Virus record (IMG/VR): IMGVR_UViG_3300020045_014929
Location: 1-33,372 of that record
Length of the DNA: 33,372 nucleotides
DNA from: a virus
Taxonomy: Duplodnaviria > Caudoviricetes
Strand: one strand, 5' to 3'
The position numbers and the translations under genes were made by a program. Each line of letters begins with the position of its first letter. Position 1 is the stretch's first letter. Positions 8,167 to 16,143 of this stretch are shown piece after piece. The notes under the pieces were generated by a model. It was given only the letters and a program-made list of their open reading frames with translations. It was not told the origin of the DNA and did no database searches.

Positions 8167-9434
8167 AACTTTACGATCACCAAAAAATAATACTCGGAGA
8201 GGACAAACTGCATTGCGGGATATTTCAAGGCACCGGCTCGGGTAAAACTCGCACAGCTCTCGAGCTTGCCGAAGCTCCAATTTTGGTGATCATGCCGAAA
8301 CAACAATTTTTAGATAAAACTTGGGAGAAGAATGCTGAAAAATTTGGAATTAAAAAAGAGATGGATACTATCAGTAAAGAAACTTTCCGAAGAGATTGGG
8401 AAAAAATAATTAAGAAATATAAAACAGTGATCATTGATGAGTGCCACAATATGCTTGGAGTGATGCCGGAATACCGACAGCGAAATAAAGTGCAGATTCC
8501 AAAAACTTCTCAGATGTTCGAAGCTACACTGATGTATCTCCGAAAGACGCAACCAAAGAGAATTTATCTCTGCTCGGCTACGCCGGTATCAAAGCCGATG
8601 AATATGTGGGCGATTGCAAAGCTCCTCGGAACGAATTGGGATTTCCAAAAATTTCGAGAAACTTTCTATCACGCGGTCAATATGGGGCGCCGACAAATCT
8701 GGTTGCCTCGAAAGGACGCTCTTACAAAAGAACGACTAGCTGGGCTTGTCAAGAGGTTCGGATATACCGGCGCCCTCAATGATTTCGTGGATGTTCCGGA
8801 CCAAACTCACAAGGAGGTCCAAATTGACCTCACAGACGAGCAAAAAGACGCTATACGGCGATTACACCAAGATGAGGCAGATCCGCTCGTGCGGAGGGCT
8901 AGGGAGCGCACAGTGGCCAATGGAGTGCTATATGGCAAGAAGATTGAGGTGGTTTCAAGGGGGGTGGATAGCATGATTGATGATACTAAGATTTTCCCTT
9001 CTAAAAAGATTGATTATATACTGGAGAGAGCAATAGAATTTCCTAAATTATTGATATTTGCTAACTACACGGCACAGATAAACGAGATAGCGAGTGCTCT
9101 CCGGAAAGAGGGCTACAATGTTTCCACTCTGACTGGCGCTACAAAAGATCGCACCTTCATTCGGAAGGTAGATGAGTCAACCGAACCACATATCATCATA
9201 GCTCAGAGCGGAGTGTCTGCGGGCTATGAGTTGCCGAGTTTCCCGTGCGTGATTTACGCATCAAAGTCATGGCAGTATGTGCATTACGAGCAGAGCTTGG
9301 GTCGGGTTCTGCGAATTAATAAGTTAAAGAAAAATCTCTACATCCATTTGATAGTGAAAGGAGTGGATGAGGACTGCCATAAGTCGATAATGGCGGGGGT
9401 GGATTTTTCAGAAAAAGTAAATTTTACTTTATGA
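8163..9434 (+). CDS. SF2 (SNF2-like) DNA helicase
   Basis: Start MKLYDHQ (Q motif) at 8163; GTGSGKT, IIDECH, SATP, QSLGRVLR. Confidence 0.9.
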   Translation: MKLYDHQKIILGEDKLHCGIFQGTGSGKTRTALELAEAPILVIMPKQQFLDKTWEKNAEKFGIKKEMDTISKETFRRDWEKIIKKYKTVIIDECHNMLGVMPEYRQRNKVQIPKTSQMFEATLMYLRKTQPKRIYLCSATPVSKPMNMWAIAKLLGTNWDFQKFRETFYHAVNMGRRQIWLPRKDALTKERLAGLVKRFGYTGALNDFVDVPDQTHKEVQIDLTDEQKDAIRRLHQDEADPLVRRARERTVANGVLYGKKIEVVSRGVDSMIDDTKIFPSKKIDYILERAIEFPKLLIFANYTAQINEIASALRKEGYNVSTLTGATKDRTFIRKVDESTEPHIIIAQSGVSAGYELPSFPCVIYASKSWQYVHYEQSLGRVLRINKLKKNLYIHLIVKGVDEDCHKSIMAGVDFSEKVNFTL

Positions 9435-9703
9435 TGTGTAATTGCTGGTATTGTAAAATGTTTATAAGATACGAAACGGGCAGACATGAATTTTCTGTGC
9501 CGTTCAGAAAGATGTGGTTTGCTCTTCCGAGATATATTCTCAAAAAGAATTACGAGATGGATGAGGAAGAAAAAGAAGAAGCGCGGAGAAAAGATTTTAT
9601 CAACATGAGATTGAAGCCAGTATGGGGATTTATCCTTTGGGTTCGAGAAGGAGAAGCAATCCCTTTTGCTTGGTGGAAAAAATTGATCTGGACAAAAAAA
9701 TGA
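9431..9703 (+). CDS. Hypothetical protein
   Basis: Overlapping start and stop codons with neighbours. Confidence 0.6.
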   Translation: MMCNCWYCKMFIRYETGRHEFSVPFRKMWFALPRYILKKNYEMDEEEKEEARRKDFINMRLKPVWGFILWVREGEAIPFAWWKKLIWTKK

Positions 9704-9825
9704 GATTATTAGCAATAATTTTTATACTTTTCAATCTGAAGTGGCTCGCCATCTTCGCGCTGGTTGGGTCATTCGCTTGGGAATTATTCAAAATTAAATT
9801 AAAAAAATATGAGAAAAGAAGATAA
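9700..9825 (+). CDS. Small membrane protein
   Basis: Start at 9700 MRLLAIIFILF; hydrophobic. Confidence 0.55.
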   Translation: MRLLAIIFILFNLKWLAIFALVGSFAWELFKIKLKKYEKRR

Positions 9826-9958
9826 AAAGGTTTTGATGTATTGGGGAGTTGTAGTTGGCGCAGTGGCAGTGTTCTTGTGCATCAGGTGGTTCGATTATAA
9901 ATTACTGATTGTGATTTTTCTGGCGATGTTCGGAAATAATTTGTCGCAACAAAAATGA
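9809..9958 (+). CDS. Small two-TM membrane protein (49 aa, not in ORF track)
   Basis: MRKEDKKVLMYWGVVVGAVAVFLCIRWFDYKLLIVIFLAMFGNN... Confidence 0.6.
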   Translation: MRKEDKKVLMYWGVVVGAVAVFLCIRWFDYKLLIVIFLAMFGNNLSQQK

Positions 9959-10131
9959 AGCAGGAGGTCGGTATGCCAATTAAAAATCCCCACACTGCTC
10001 ACTGCGTAGGGTGCGGGAAGCAATTAGCTCGTGAAGGAGAGAGACCAATTTGGTGGATTCAGATGGGGAATTACGCGTATTGTAAAAAATGCTATGAAAA
10101 AAACCGAAGCAAAATCTCAAACCCTGTTTAA
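9955..10131 (+). CDS. Small Zn-finger protein (58 aa, not in ORF track)
   Basis: HCVGCGKQL...YCKKCY; ATGA overlap with the previous gene. Confidence 0.6.
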   Translation: MKQEVGMPIKNPHTAHCVGCGKQLAREGERPIWWIQMGNYAYCKKCYEKNRSKISNPV

Positions 10132-10468
10132 TCAGTATCTTCGCGAGAAGAAATTGCATGGATTTTTTGAATTAAAAGTAGCCAAAGGGGGGACATTTAA
10201 TTTCCACGACATTGAGGATCACCAGTATGAAGGTCTCCAAGCAACAGAGAAGAATGGCCTAGTGTGGAAACTTTCTGACGATGACCGGAGACAAAAGCCA
10301 TGCGATACCCTTTCGATTCCACCCCTCCCTTCCTACCTAGTAATCCAGTTCGAGAATGTGTTTTATTTAATCTGGGTTGGTATAGTGATAAAAATGAAAG
10401 AAGAGGGGAGAATCAGCATTACGAGGGATGAATGTGAGCAAGAAGCCGAAATAGTTATACACACTTGA
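10094..10468 (+). CDS. RecU-like Holliday junction resolvase / PD-(D/E)xK nuclease
   Basis: Start MKKTEAKSQ; FFELKV...FNF..IEDHQ...L resembles the RecU FEAK...F..I..HQ motif. Confidence 0.65.
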   Translation: MKKTEAKSQTLFNQYLREKKLHGFFELKVAKGGTFNFHDIEDHQYEGLQATEKNGLVWKLSDDDRRQKPCDTLSIPPLPSYLVIQFENVFYLIWVGIVIKMKEEGRISITRDECEQEAEIVIHT

Positions 10469-10493
10469 CACCGACACCGACATCACCTATAAT
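10455..10493 (+). promoter_or_regulatory. Consensus sigma70 promoter with DnaA box and GACACC repeats
   Basis: TTATACACA (10455-10463); TTGACA (10465-10470), 17 bp, TATAAT (10488-10493); GACACC-GACACC-GACATC over the -35 and spacer. Confidence 0.9.
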
Positions 10494-10499
10494 AGCTGT

Positions 10500-10682
10500 A
10501 TGGTCGAGGATTACAAATTAATTAAAAAACTTATGGAAAATAAAAATACATTAGTGCGAATATATCCGGGCGTTAGACGAGATCAGAAAAAATTCATCAA
10601 AGATGAAGCTAAAAAGCTAAAGGTCGGCGAAGGTGAAATGCACCGCATTATTATCGATTACTACATTAAGAACAAAAAATAA
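10500..10682 (+). CDS. Ribbon-helix-helix (CopG/Arc-like) transcriptional regulator
   Basis: LVRIYPGV strand, RRDQKKFIKDEAKKL helix, GEGEMHRIIIDYY helix; start is 10500 (leaderless) or 10533. Confidence 0.7.
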   Translation: MVEDYKLIKKLMENKNTLVRIYPGVRRDQKKFIKDEAKKLKVGEGEMHRIIIDYYIKNKK

Positions 10683-10683
10683 A

Positions 10684-10983
10684 ATGCCAGTATCAAATAT
10701 ATTTGAAGAATACGCGATGCTCGAAGCCGAGATTGCACAAAGAGAGGCCAAAAAGGAACAGCTACGGCCGTTTATTCTTGAATCAATGGTCACTAAAGGG
10801 ATCAGGAAACAAGATACGGCAGTTGGAAGTTTCTCAGTGAGTAAATTGAAAAAGTGGACTTATCCTGAGCGCATAAAAAAGATGGAAGAAGATTTCAAAG
10901 CAGAGAAAGCAAAGACCCAAAGCACAGGGGAAGCTACTTTTGAAGAGGCCGATTCATTACGATTCACAATGATCAAACTATAA
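10684..10983 (+). CDS. Gp157/Gam-like coiled-coil phage protein
   Basis: Start MPVSNIF at 10684; N-terminal coiled coil, then T..GSFSV...W.Y and SLRF. Confidence 0.55.
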   Translation: MPVSNIFEEYAMLEAEIAQREAKKEQLRPFILESMVTKGIRKQDTAVGSFSVSKLKKWTYPERIKKMEEDFKAEKAKTQSTGEATFEEADSLRFTMIKL

Positions 10984-10987
10984 TCGT

Positions 10988-11236
10988 ATGAAAGTCTCGG
11001 GAAAACAGTTTATGAAAATGTTAGCGAAAAAGCAGGGGATTAAGCACGAAGTCCCTGTCAGAGAAGTAAAAACATTGAAGTGTGGAACAGTCGAGTTTCA
11101 GATTCATGTGTCTCCGGGGCAAGAAATAAATGCTCGGAAGATGTGCAAAAGATTATTAAAAGATAAATATAATAGCAACAATGGCGAAGAAAAAAAATTC
11201 ATCTCCAAAGGCTACAAAGGCCAAAACAGATGGTAG
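10988..11236 (+). CDS. Hypothetical protein
   Basis: Operon packing. Confidence 0.55.
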   Translation: MKVSGKQFMKMLAKKQGIKHEVPVREVKTLKCGTVEFQIHVSPGQEINARKMCKRLLKDKYNSNNGEEKKFISKGYKGQNRW

Positions 11237-11801
11237 TAAAAAAATTGTAGTCACTCCACCAACACTGGTGATCAAGTTGGTGAGCTACACAGTCCGCGCT
11301 ACGATCCCTACAATGATGTATGGGAACATTCAGCCGGAAATCACAGTCGAAGCTCGCACTATGGAAGATGCAAAGCTCGCAGTGTTTCCTCACATTGAGG
11401 AACTTTATCAGACCTATTGCGAGGAACCTCGCGATGGACGAAAACCAGCTTTCATGTCGAGAGCAAGTGTGACGGCAACTGAAAGAATCGTGCCACAAAC
11501 ACCAGTTGCTCCCGCACAAAAAACTGCACCAGTAGAAGTGCCGGGCAAGCAGACAACTCCTCCTACTCCGCAAGCTATTGCACAAGCCCCAGAAGAACCT
11601 AAGACTGAGCTTGATGCGTTTGCTGAGGACTTGAAAAAGTCTCCTGCTTACACAAAAGCAGAAGGTGCGATCAAAGGCGCAATGAGTTTGGACGCATTAA
11701 ATTTAATTGAAAATCAAATTCAAGCGTCAGTAAAACTTACGAAAGAAGAGAAACCATCATTACTAACAGAAGTCCTCAAAAAGAGGAAGGAATTTAATTA
11801 A
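11181..11801 (+). CDS. Hypothetical protein with Pro/Thr/Ala linker
   Basis: ATIPTMMYGNIQPEITV N-domain, low-complexity linker, helical C-domain. Confidence 0.75.
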   Translation: MAKKKNSSPKATKAKTDGSKKIVVTPPTLVIKLVSYTVRATIPTMMYGNIQPEITVEARTMEDAKLAVFPHIEELYQTYCEEPRDGRKPAFMSRASVTATERIVPQTPVAPAQKTAPVEVPGKQTTPPTPQAIAQAPEEPKTELDAFAEDLKKSPAYTKAEGAIKGAMSLDALNLIENQIQASVKLTKEEKPSLLTEVLKKRKEFN

Positions 11802-12079
11802 TGAAACCTATGACACTACAATTAATTTTTCTTGCTATCATGTATCTTTTAGTGATGCTTTCTACTTTTTTCATCGGCTATGCCATCGCGATGAGAATGG
11901 TTTTGCAACACCTCCAAGACAAAGTTTTACCAAAGACGGGGGCATTACTTGAAGAGTATAAAAATATGAGAAACGACCCACAAGGAACTGACAAACTGGG
12001 GCTCATTATCAATGCTCGGATGGAGGTGACTGATCAATTAATAGAAGTTCTAAGACCACCTTTTTCAAAAAGGAAATAA
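11801..12079 (+). CDS. Membrane-anchored hypothetical protein
   Basis: N-terminal hydrophobic helix. Confidence 0.7.
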   Translation: MKPMTLQLIFLAIMYLLVMLSTFFIGYAIAMRMVLQHLQDKVLPKTGALLEEYKNMRNDPQGTDKLGLIINARMEVTDQLIEVLRPPFSKRK

Positions 12080-12081
12080 TT

Positions 12082-12258
12082 ATGAAGAAAAAACAACTAT
12101 CTGATGTTGAGAAATTAGTGTTGGGATGGGAAAAGCGAATCAAATTTCACAAAGACCAACTCGCTAAGACCAAGAAATTCCACAGAGAAGTAGAAAAGGG
12201 TATTGAAAAGAAGATTGCGCTCGAGCAACTTCAATTAAAAGCTCTAAAGAAAAAATAA
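12082..12258 (+). CDS. Basic coiled-coil protein (58 aa, not in ORF track)
   Basis: MKKKQLSDVEKLVLGWEKR...ALKKK*; fills the gap. Confidence 0.65.
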   Translation: MKKKQLSDVEKLVLGWEKRIKFHKDQLAKTKKFHREVEKGIEKKIALEQLQLKALKKK

Positions 12259-12260
12259 TT

Positions 12261-12488
12261 ATGGTAAAAGAAACACCAGAACAAAAAGCATATAGAGAAG
12301 TAGTTGAAGGTATCGCTGGGAATATTTCAGCACTTGCTAAAGCAGTGAGGGGACTTTTGAACGGCCCATTAAAAAAGAAAGCACTGACAGTGCTACTTGC
12401 TCAATCGTCTGGCTTGCCTCAAAATAAAGTAGACGCAGTTCTGAAAGCACTTGAAGATTTAGAGAGTGATTGGCTTAATAAAAAATAA
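12261..12488 (+). CDS. Hypothetical protein
   Basis: Helical; operon packing. Confidence 0.75.
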   Translation: MVKETPEQKAYREVVEGIAGNISALAKAVRGLLNGPLKKKALTVLLAQSSGLPQNKVDAVLKALEDLESDWLNKK

Positions 12489-12688
12489 TGGAACCTTCAA
12501 CAGACAAACCAAAAACAAGAGAGGAGCTGATCCAGATACACAAAGATTTACACAATAGTTTGGATATCTTAATTGCCGATTTTATTTCCCAGACACGAAA
12601 CACTCTCACGGACACCTCATTGATGGAATTAATCGAATGGTCTCATCAGCAAACAATTAATCCAAGTTGTTATAAGTCCGAAGAATAA
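12488..12688 (+). CDS. Hypothetical protein
   Basis: TAATG overlaps at both ends. Confidence 0.7.
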   Translation: MEPSTDKPKTREELIQIHKDLHNSLDILIADFISQTRNTLTDTSLMELIEWSHQQTINPSCYKSEE

Positions 12689-13287
12689 TGGAAAATTTAT
12701 CCGATAAATACCAAGACCGATATCTCAAACACCAAGCGCGGAAGGCGGATATCCTTCGAAGTCATTATGGGACTAAAGAATTCAAAAAATACAATGAAGA
12801 AGAACAAAAAACTTTTATCGAAATCCTCAAAAGCCGAAGAAGTCAACGAGCTTTTAACCGAGATCCAGTCGAAATTGAAAGAATTCTTGAGCTCGCGGAA
12901 TACCGACCCTCGTCATGTGATCGTAGAAGTATCCAAATCAAAGTCATTACCGATAGGGATGACAAAGATTTACTTGGGGGGCTACTTGTTGGAGGGACGG
13001 GCTGGGTGCACCGCAGTGATAAAGTATTACTCTTTCTCGCATGGGAAGATGCCTACAAGTCGCCGGCGGAAAGGGAATGGATGAGATATATTGATGCTGG
13101 GGTTTTGGCGCAGACTCTTTACCTTGTGTGCGAATCACTCAATGTGGGGGCTTGCTACATAAATCCGAACATCCGTGAAAATAATAAAGAATTCTTCTAT
13201 AATAGATTTATCGATGAGGGCTATCAATATGTCGGAGCGATGGCCATAGGAAATTACGATCTAAAACATACAAGACCGAATGAATAA
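12688..13287 (+). CDS. Nitroreductase-family flavoprotein
   Basis: RRSQRAF, PSSCDRR, DAG..AQ.LYL....L.VG.C and terminal A.G motifs. Confidence 0.85.
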   Translation: MENLSDKYQDRYLKHQARKADILRSHYGTKEFKKYNEEEQKTFIEILKSRRSQRAFNRDPVEIERILELAEYRPSSCDRRSIQIKVITDRDDKDLLGGLLVGGTGWVHRSDKVLLFLAWEDAYKSPAEREWMRYIDAGVLAQTLYLVCESLNVGACYINPNIRENNKEFFYNRFIDEGYQYVGAMAIGNYDLKHTRPNE

Positions 13288-13558
13288 CGACAAACCAATT
13301 CCATCACCATTTGCAGGAGAACTTGGCAAGCCGAGCTCTGAGGATGAGGAATTTATAAAACAAGTTGAAGCAATATGCCAAGAACATGGCTATAAAAATT
13401 TCTTCATTTCTTTCTCTCCGGCCGACCCAACTCATAGGACTGCCCGACAATGGAAGAGTTTTAGCAATGGCTTGTCGGAAGATATGGTACAATGTTTAGA
13501 AATAATCGTAAAAGGGATGCGTGCCACTTACGATGAAATAAAAAAGAAATTACTATGA
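13280..13558 (+). CDS. Hypothetical protein
   Basis: Operon packing. Confidence 0.7.
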   Translation: MNNDKPIPSPFAGELGKPSSEDEEFIKQVEAICQEHGYKNFFISFSPADPTHRTARQWKSFSNGLSEDMVQCLEIIVKGMRATYDEIKKKLL

Positions 13559-13689
13559 TCCCAGAAAAAGTGCAAAAAGGAAGAGAGTTATTTTTTCAGG
13601 AAAAAGAAATGAATGAGGAGGAACTCTCCTGCTTCATGGCTTTTCTTCAATACTGTTATCAGGCAGGAGATTTTAATTACAACAATTAA
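13555..13689 (+). CDS. Small hypothetical protein (44 aa, not in ORF track)
   Basis: MIPEKVQKGRELFF...YNN*; ATGA overlap. Confidence 0.55.
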   Translation: MIPEKVQKGRELFFQEKEMNEEELSCFMAFLQYCYQAGDFNYNN

Positions 13690-13691
13690 TT

Positions 13692-14573
13692 ATGAAACTA
13701 TCAATTTATAGTATTGTCAAGAATGAAGAGATAGAGATTGAAGATATGATCAAATCTGCAATGGGAGCAGATGAACACATCATTGTTGATACCGGAAGCA
13801 CTGATAAAACTATTGAATTAATAAAAAAGTACCCTCATGTCAAGCTCTACACTGATTACACTTGGAACGATGATTTCTCCGAAGCAAAGAACCACGCCGC
13901 GGCCAAATGCACGAACGAATGGGTATGCTCTTTAGATGCTGACTGTCGGTTAGATAAAGATTTTATAAAAGAAGCCCACGAAATGATTCAAGACACAAAG
14001 CACGATGCTTTGTTCGTGGATCTGATGTCGCTTCAATATCAGGGGGCGAACCATCGCCGAGCAAAAATTTACAGAAATAATGGAAAGATTTTTTATAAAG
14101 GAATGGCTCACGAAGATTTGAATGTTCTCGGACAAGTGCATGAGTCTGGAGTAATTCCGAAAATTTGGTATGGATATTCGATCAATCACATGAAAGATCC
14201 GGACCGATACATCCGAATTATGGCCAAGCAAGTTGATGCTGAGCCGACTGTGCCGAGACATCTTTTTTACTTAGCTCAATCGTATTTTTTCAAAAAGGAT
14301 TATGTCCCTGCGATTGCTATCTTTCGCGATTACTTGGATATGTCAAAATATCCAAAAGAAAGAGTGGAAGCATATCTCTACATTGCTCAAGCTCACTGGT
14401 TTATGAAGCAAGGAGGCAAAGCACGAGAAGCATGCACTCAGGCGATCTTAATGAATCCCGATCACAGAGGGGCATTGAGATTTATGGCAACAATTCACAA
14501 TGAGCCGTGGAAACACAAATGGCAGAAGATCGCCGACAGAGCTACAAATGAAGATGCAATGTTTCGAAGATAA
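13692..14573 (+). CDS. Glycosyltransferase family 2 with C-terminal TPR repeats
   Basis: IVKNEE, IVDTGSTD.T, W.DDFS.A.N, LDAD (DxD), HE, then FYLAQSY/AYLYIAQ TPR-like helices. Confidence 0.9.
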   Translation: MKLSIYSIVKNEEIEIEDMIKSAMGADEHIIVDTGSTDKTIELIKKYPHVKLYTDYTWNDDFSEAKNHAAAKCTNEWVCSLDADCRLDKDFIKEAHEMIQDTKHDALFVDLMSLQYQGANHRRAKIYRNNGKIFYKGMAHEDLNVLGQVHESGVIPKIWYGYSINHMKDPDRYIRIMAKQVDAEPTVPRHLFYLAQSYFFKKDYVPAIAIFRDYLDMSKYPKERVEAYLYIAQAHWFMKQGGKAREACTQAILMNPDHRGALRFMATIHNEPWKHKWQKIADRATNEDAMFRR

Positions 14574-14575
14574 TT

Positions 14576-15223
14576 ATGGAAGATGCAAAATATAAAACTT
14601 TAATACTACCAAAACCCCACATTTCGTGGTCTCAGCTCTCCTGCTGGTTGCAAAATAAAGATAGATACCGCACGGAATATTTTGAGAATGGCAAAAAATT
14701 AGATTCAAAATATTTGACTCTTGGTAAAAATATCGCCAAGATGATTGAGAACGGCCAGCACAAGACCCTCTTGCCAGATTTGGAATGTTATGATACTCCA
14801 GAATTCGAAATAAAATGTCTTGTGAGTGGAGTGCCGATTCTTTCCTATCTCGACAGCTACAACAAAGTGCAGACGATCGAAGTGCCGGCGAATGTGTTTA
14901 GAGAATATAAAACAGGGAAAATCCCGTGGGACCGAGCTCGCGTCCAGAAGCACGACCAGCTTGTTTTCTATGCCACTGCCCTCAAATGGGGTATGGGGCA
15001 AATGCCTGAATACTGTGATCTTGATTGGATTGAAACCAAAGAAGTCACCAGTGAGACCACCGATTTTTGGCGAGAAGGTGATAAAATGGTTCATGTGACA
15101 GGAAGGGTCGTGTCCTTTCACAGAGAGTTCGATATGCGCGAAATTGAGCGCATGGAAGAATTAATAGTTAAGGTGGCGTGGGAAATTTCCGATGCCTACC
15201 AAGATTTTTTGAAAGAGATATGA
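14576..15223 (+). CDS. PD-(D/E)xK exonuclease (AddB/Cas4-like, no Fe-S Cys set)
   Basis: HISWSQL, E..I, YLD, EYKTG, QL.FY. Confidence 0.8.
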   Translation: MEDAKYKTLILPKPHISWSQLSCWLQNKDRYRTEYFENGKKLDSKYLTLGKNIAKMIENGQHKTLLPDLECYDTPEFEIKCLVSGVPILSYLDSYNKVQTIEVPANVFREYKTGKIPWDRARVQKHDQLVFYATALKWGMGQMPEYCDLDWIETKEVTSETTDFWREGDKMVHVTGRVVSFHREFDMREIERMEELIVKVAWEISDAYQDFLKEI

Positions 15224-15336
15224 GTAAATCAAAATCACAAGCAAGGAGAGAAGCATCTATGGCGAACCCCAAGAATGCCGAGTCGAAGGCGAACTTAAAA
15301 TCAACCTTTGGAGTTCCAAAGAAACAGAAGAAATAG
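15220..15336 (+). CDS. Small basic protein (38 aa, not in ORF track)
   Basis: MSKSKSQARRE...KKQKK*; ATGA overlap. Confidence 0.5.
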   Translation: MSKSKSQARREASMANPKNAESKANLKSTFGVPKKQKK

Positions 15337-15337
15337 T

Positions 15338-15472
15338 ATGATTAAAAAAACATCTAGTGGCTACAAAGTCACAAGTGAGTCCGGAAAGAATTTATCCAAG
15401 CCAAATCTGTCAAAAGGTCAGGCAGTGAAGCGTCTACAGCAAGTAGAATATTTTAAGCACAAGAAAAAATAA
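15338..15472 (+). CDS. Small basic conserved phage protein (44 aa, not in ORF track)
   Basis: MIKK..GY.V.S.SGKNL...A.KRL.QVEYFKH pattern. Confidence 0.75.
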   Translation: MIKKTSSGYKVTSESGKNLSKPNLSKGQAVKRLQQVEYFKHKKK

Positions 15473-15475
15473 TAT

Positions 15476-15748
15476 ATGACAGAAATAGAAGCTCAAGATT
15501 TGAGCGCCGCAAAAGTTCAGCAAATTAATGACCTTGCTAAAAAATTGCAAGTTCGCATTATTGCTCAGCAAATTATAAAAGGAAATGTCATTGAAAATTC
15601 AGTATGCTTCATCGATCAAGAGCAATACGATATTGATAAACCAAAGCCAGTTCTTCGTGGTCCGAATGTCCCCAAAGACTCGGGAGCAGGGATGGGGGCA
15701 GTAATCACTGAAGTTGAAAAACAAGATGCTAAATCTACCATTGCATAG
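15476..15748 (+). CDS. Hypothetical protein
   Basis: Operon packing. Confidence 0.7.
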   Translation: MTEIEAQDLSAAKVQQINDLAKKLQVRIIAQQIIKGNVIENSVCFIDQEQYDIDKPKPVLRGPNVPKDSGAGMGAVITEVEKQDAKSTIA

Positions 15749-15944
15749 CAATAAAAAATTAATGCTTGCCTTTGAGTGGGGCATCGTCCTTGCTGATGTG
15801 GCCAAGCAACAAGGGGTAGAGCTGACTCCAGCTATCATTGAGAGAGCAGAAAAAATCATTCTTAATGAATTCAGGTCAAGAACCCCCTCGGAATTGGCAG
15901 GGCACATGGAGGTGATATTGCTCTCGATCTTTGAAACAAATTAG
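15726..15944 (+). CDS. Hypothetical protein
   Basis: Likely start MLNLPLH at 15726; last gene of the + arm. Confidence 0.65.
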   Translation: MLNLPLHSNKKLMLAFEWGIVLADVAKQQGVELTPAIIERAEKIILNEFRSRTPSELAGHMEVILLSIFETN

Positions 15945-15958
15945 AAATAAGCTAAAAT
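15931..15958 (+). promoter_or_regulatory. Putative sigma70 promoter for the downstream ncRNA
   Basis: TTGAAA (15931-15936), 16 bp, TAAAAT (15953-15958); predicted start about 15964-15965 matches the first base of the closing stem. Confidence 0.5.
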
Positions 15959-15963
15959 AGAGG

Positions 15964-16070
15964 TGCCTTACTGGTATAGGACTCGAAATGACGGCAACCG
16001 GCCTTGATCGAATAGCACAAGCTATCTGATTGAGTCACCGAAACCGCACAGACGATCCTCTGGTGAGGCA
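15964..16070 (+). ncRNA. Candidate structured non-coding RNA (rod-like, about 107 nt)
   Basis: TGCCTTACTGG pairs with CTGGTGAGGCA (11 bp, three G-U); inner helices AGGA/TCCT, CGG/CCG, ATCG/TGAT, ATAGC-acaa-GCTAT; GC-richer than flanks. Confidence 0.55.
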
Positions 16071-16080
16071 GGGAACAAAG

Positions 16081-16143
16081 AAAAAATACCCGGGCTTCGA
16101 TCGCATCTTTTAGATAGGTCGCTTAGCACTCGGGTATTTTTTT
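16081..16143. terminator. Bidirectional intrinsic terminator between the convergent arms
   Basis: AAAAAATACCCGGG...CTCGGGTATTTTTTT with inner pairing CGATC/GGTCG and ATCT/AGAT; A-tract and T-tract flanks. Confidence 0.8.

Noticed and set aside
14576-15223. CRISPR-Cas locus based on the Cas4-like nuclease
   Set aside because: No repeat-spacer array or other cas genes, and the four-Cys Fe-S pattern is missing; a stand-alone phage exonuclease is more likely.
15980-16043. Hammerhead ribozyme (CTGA..GA and GAAA words flanking hairpins)
   Set aside because: The core reads CUGAUUGA rather than CUGANGA, and I could not build stems II and III with a correctly placed NUH cleavage triplet in any permutation.
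15964-16070. SRP (4.5S) RNA or tRNA
   Set aside because: Size fits SRP RNA, but the apex loop is ACAA and the conserved domain IV motif is absent; no cloverleaf or T-loop.
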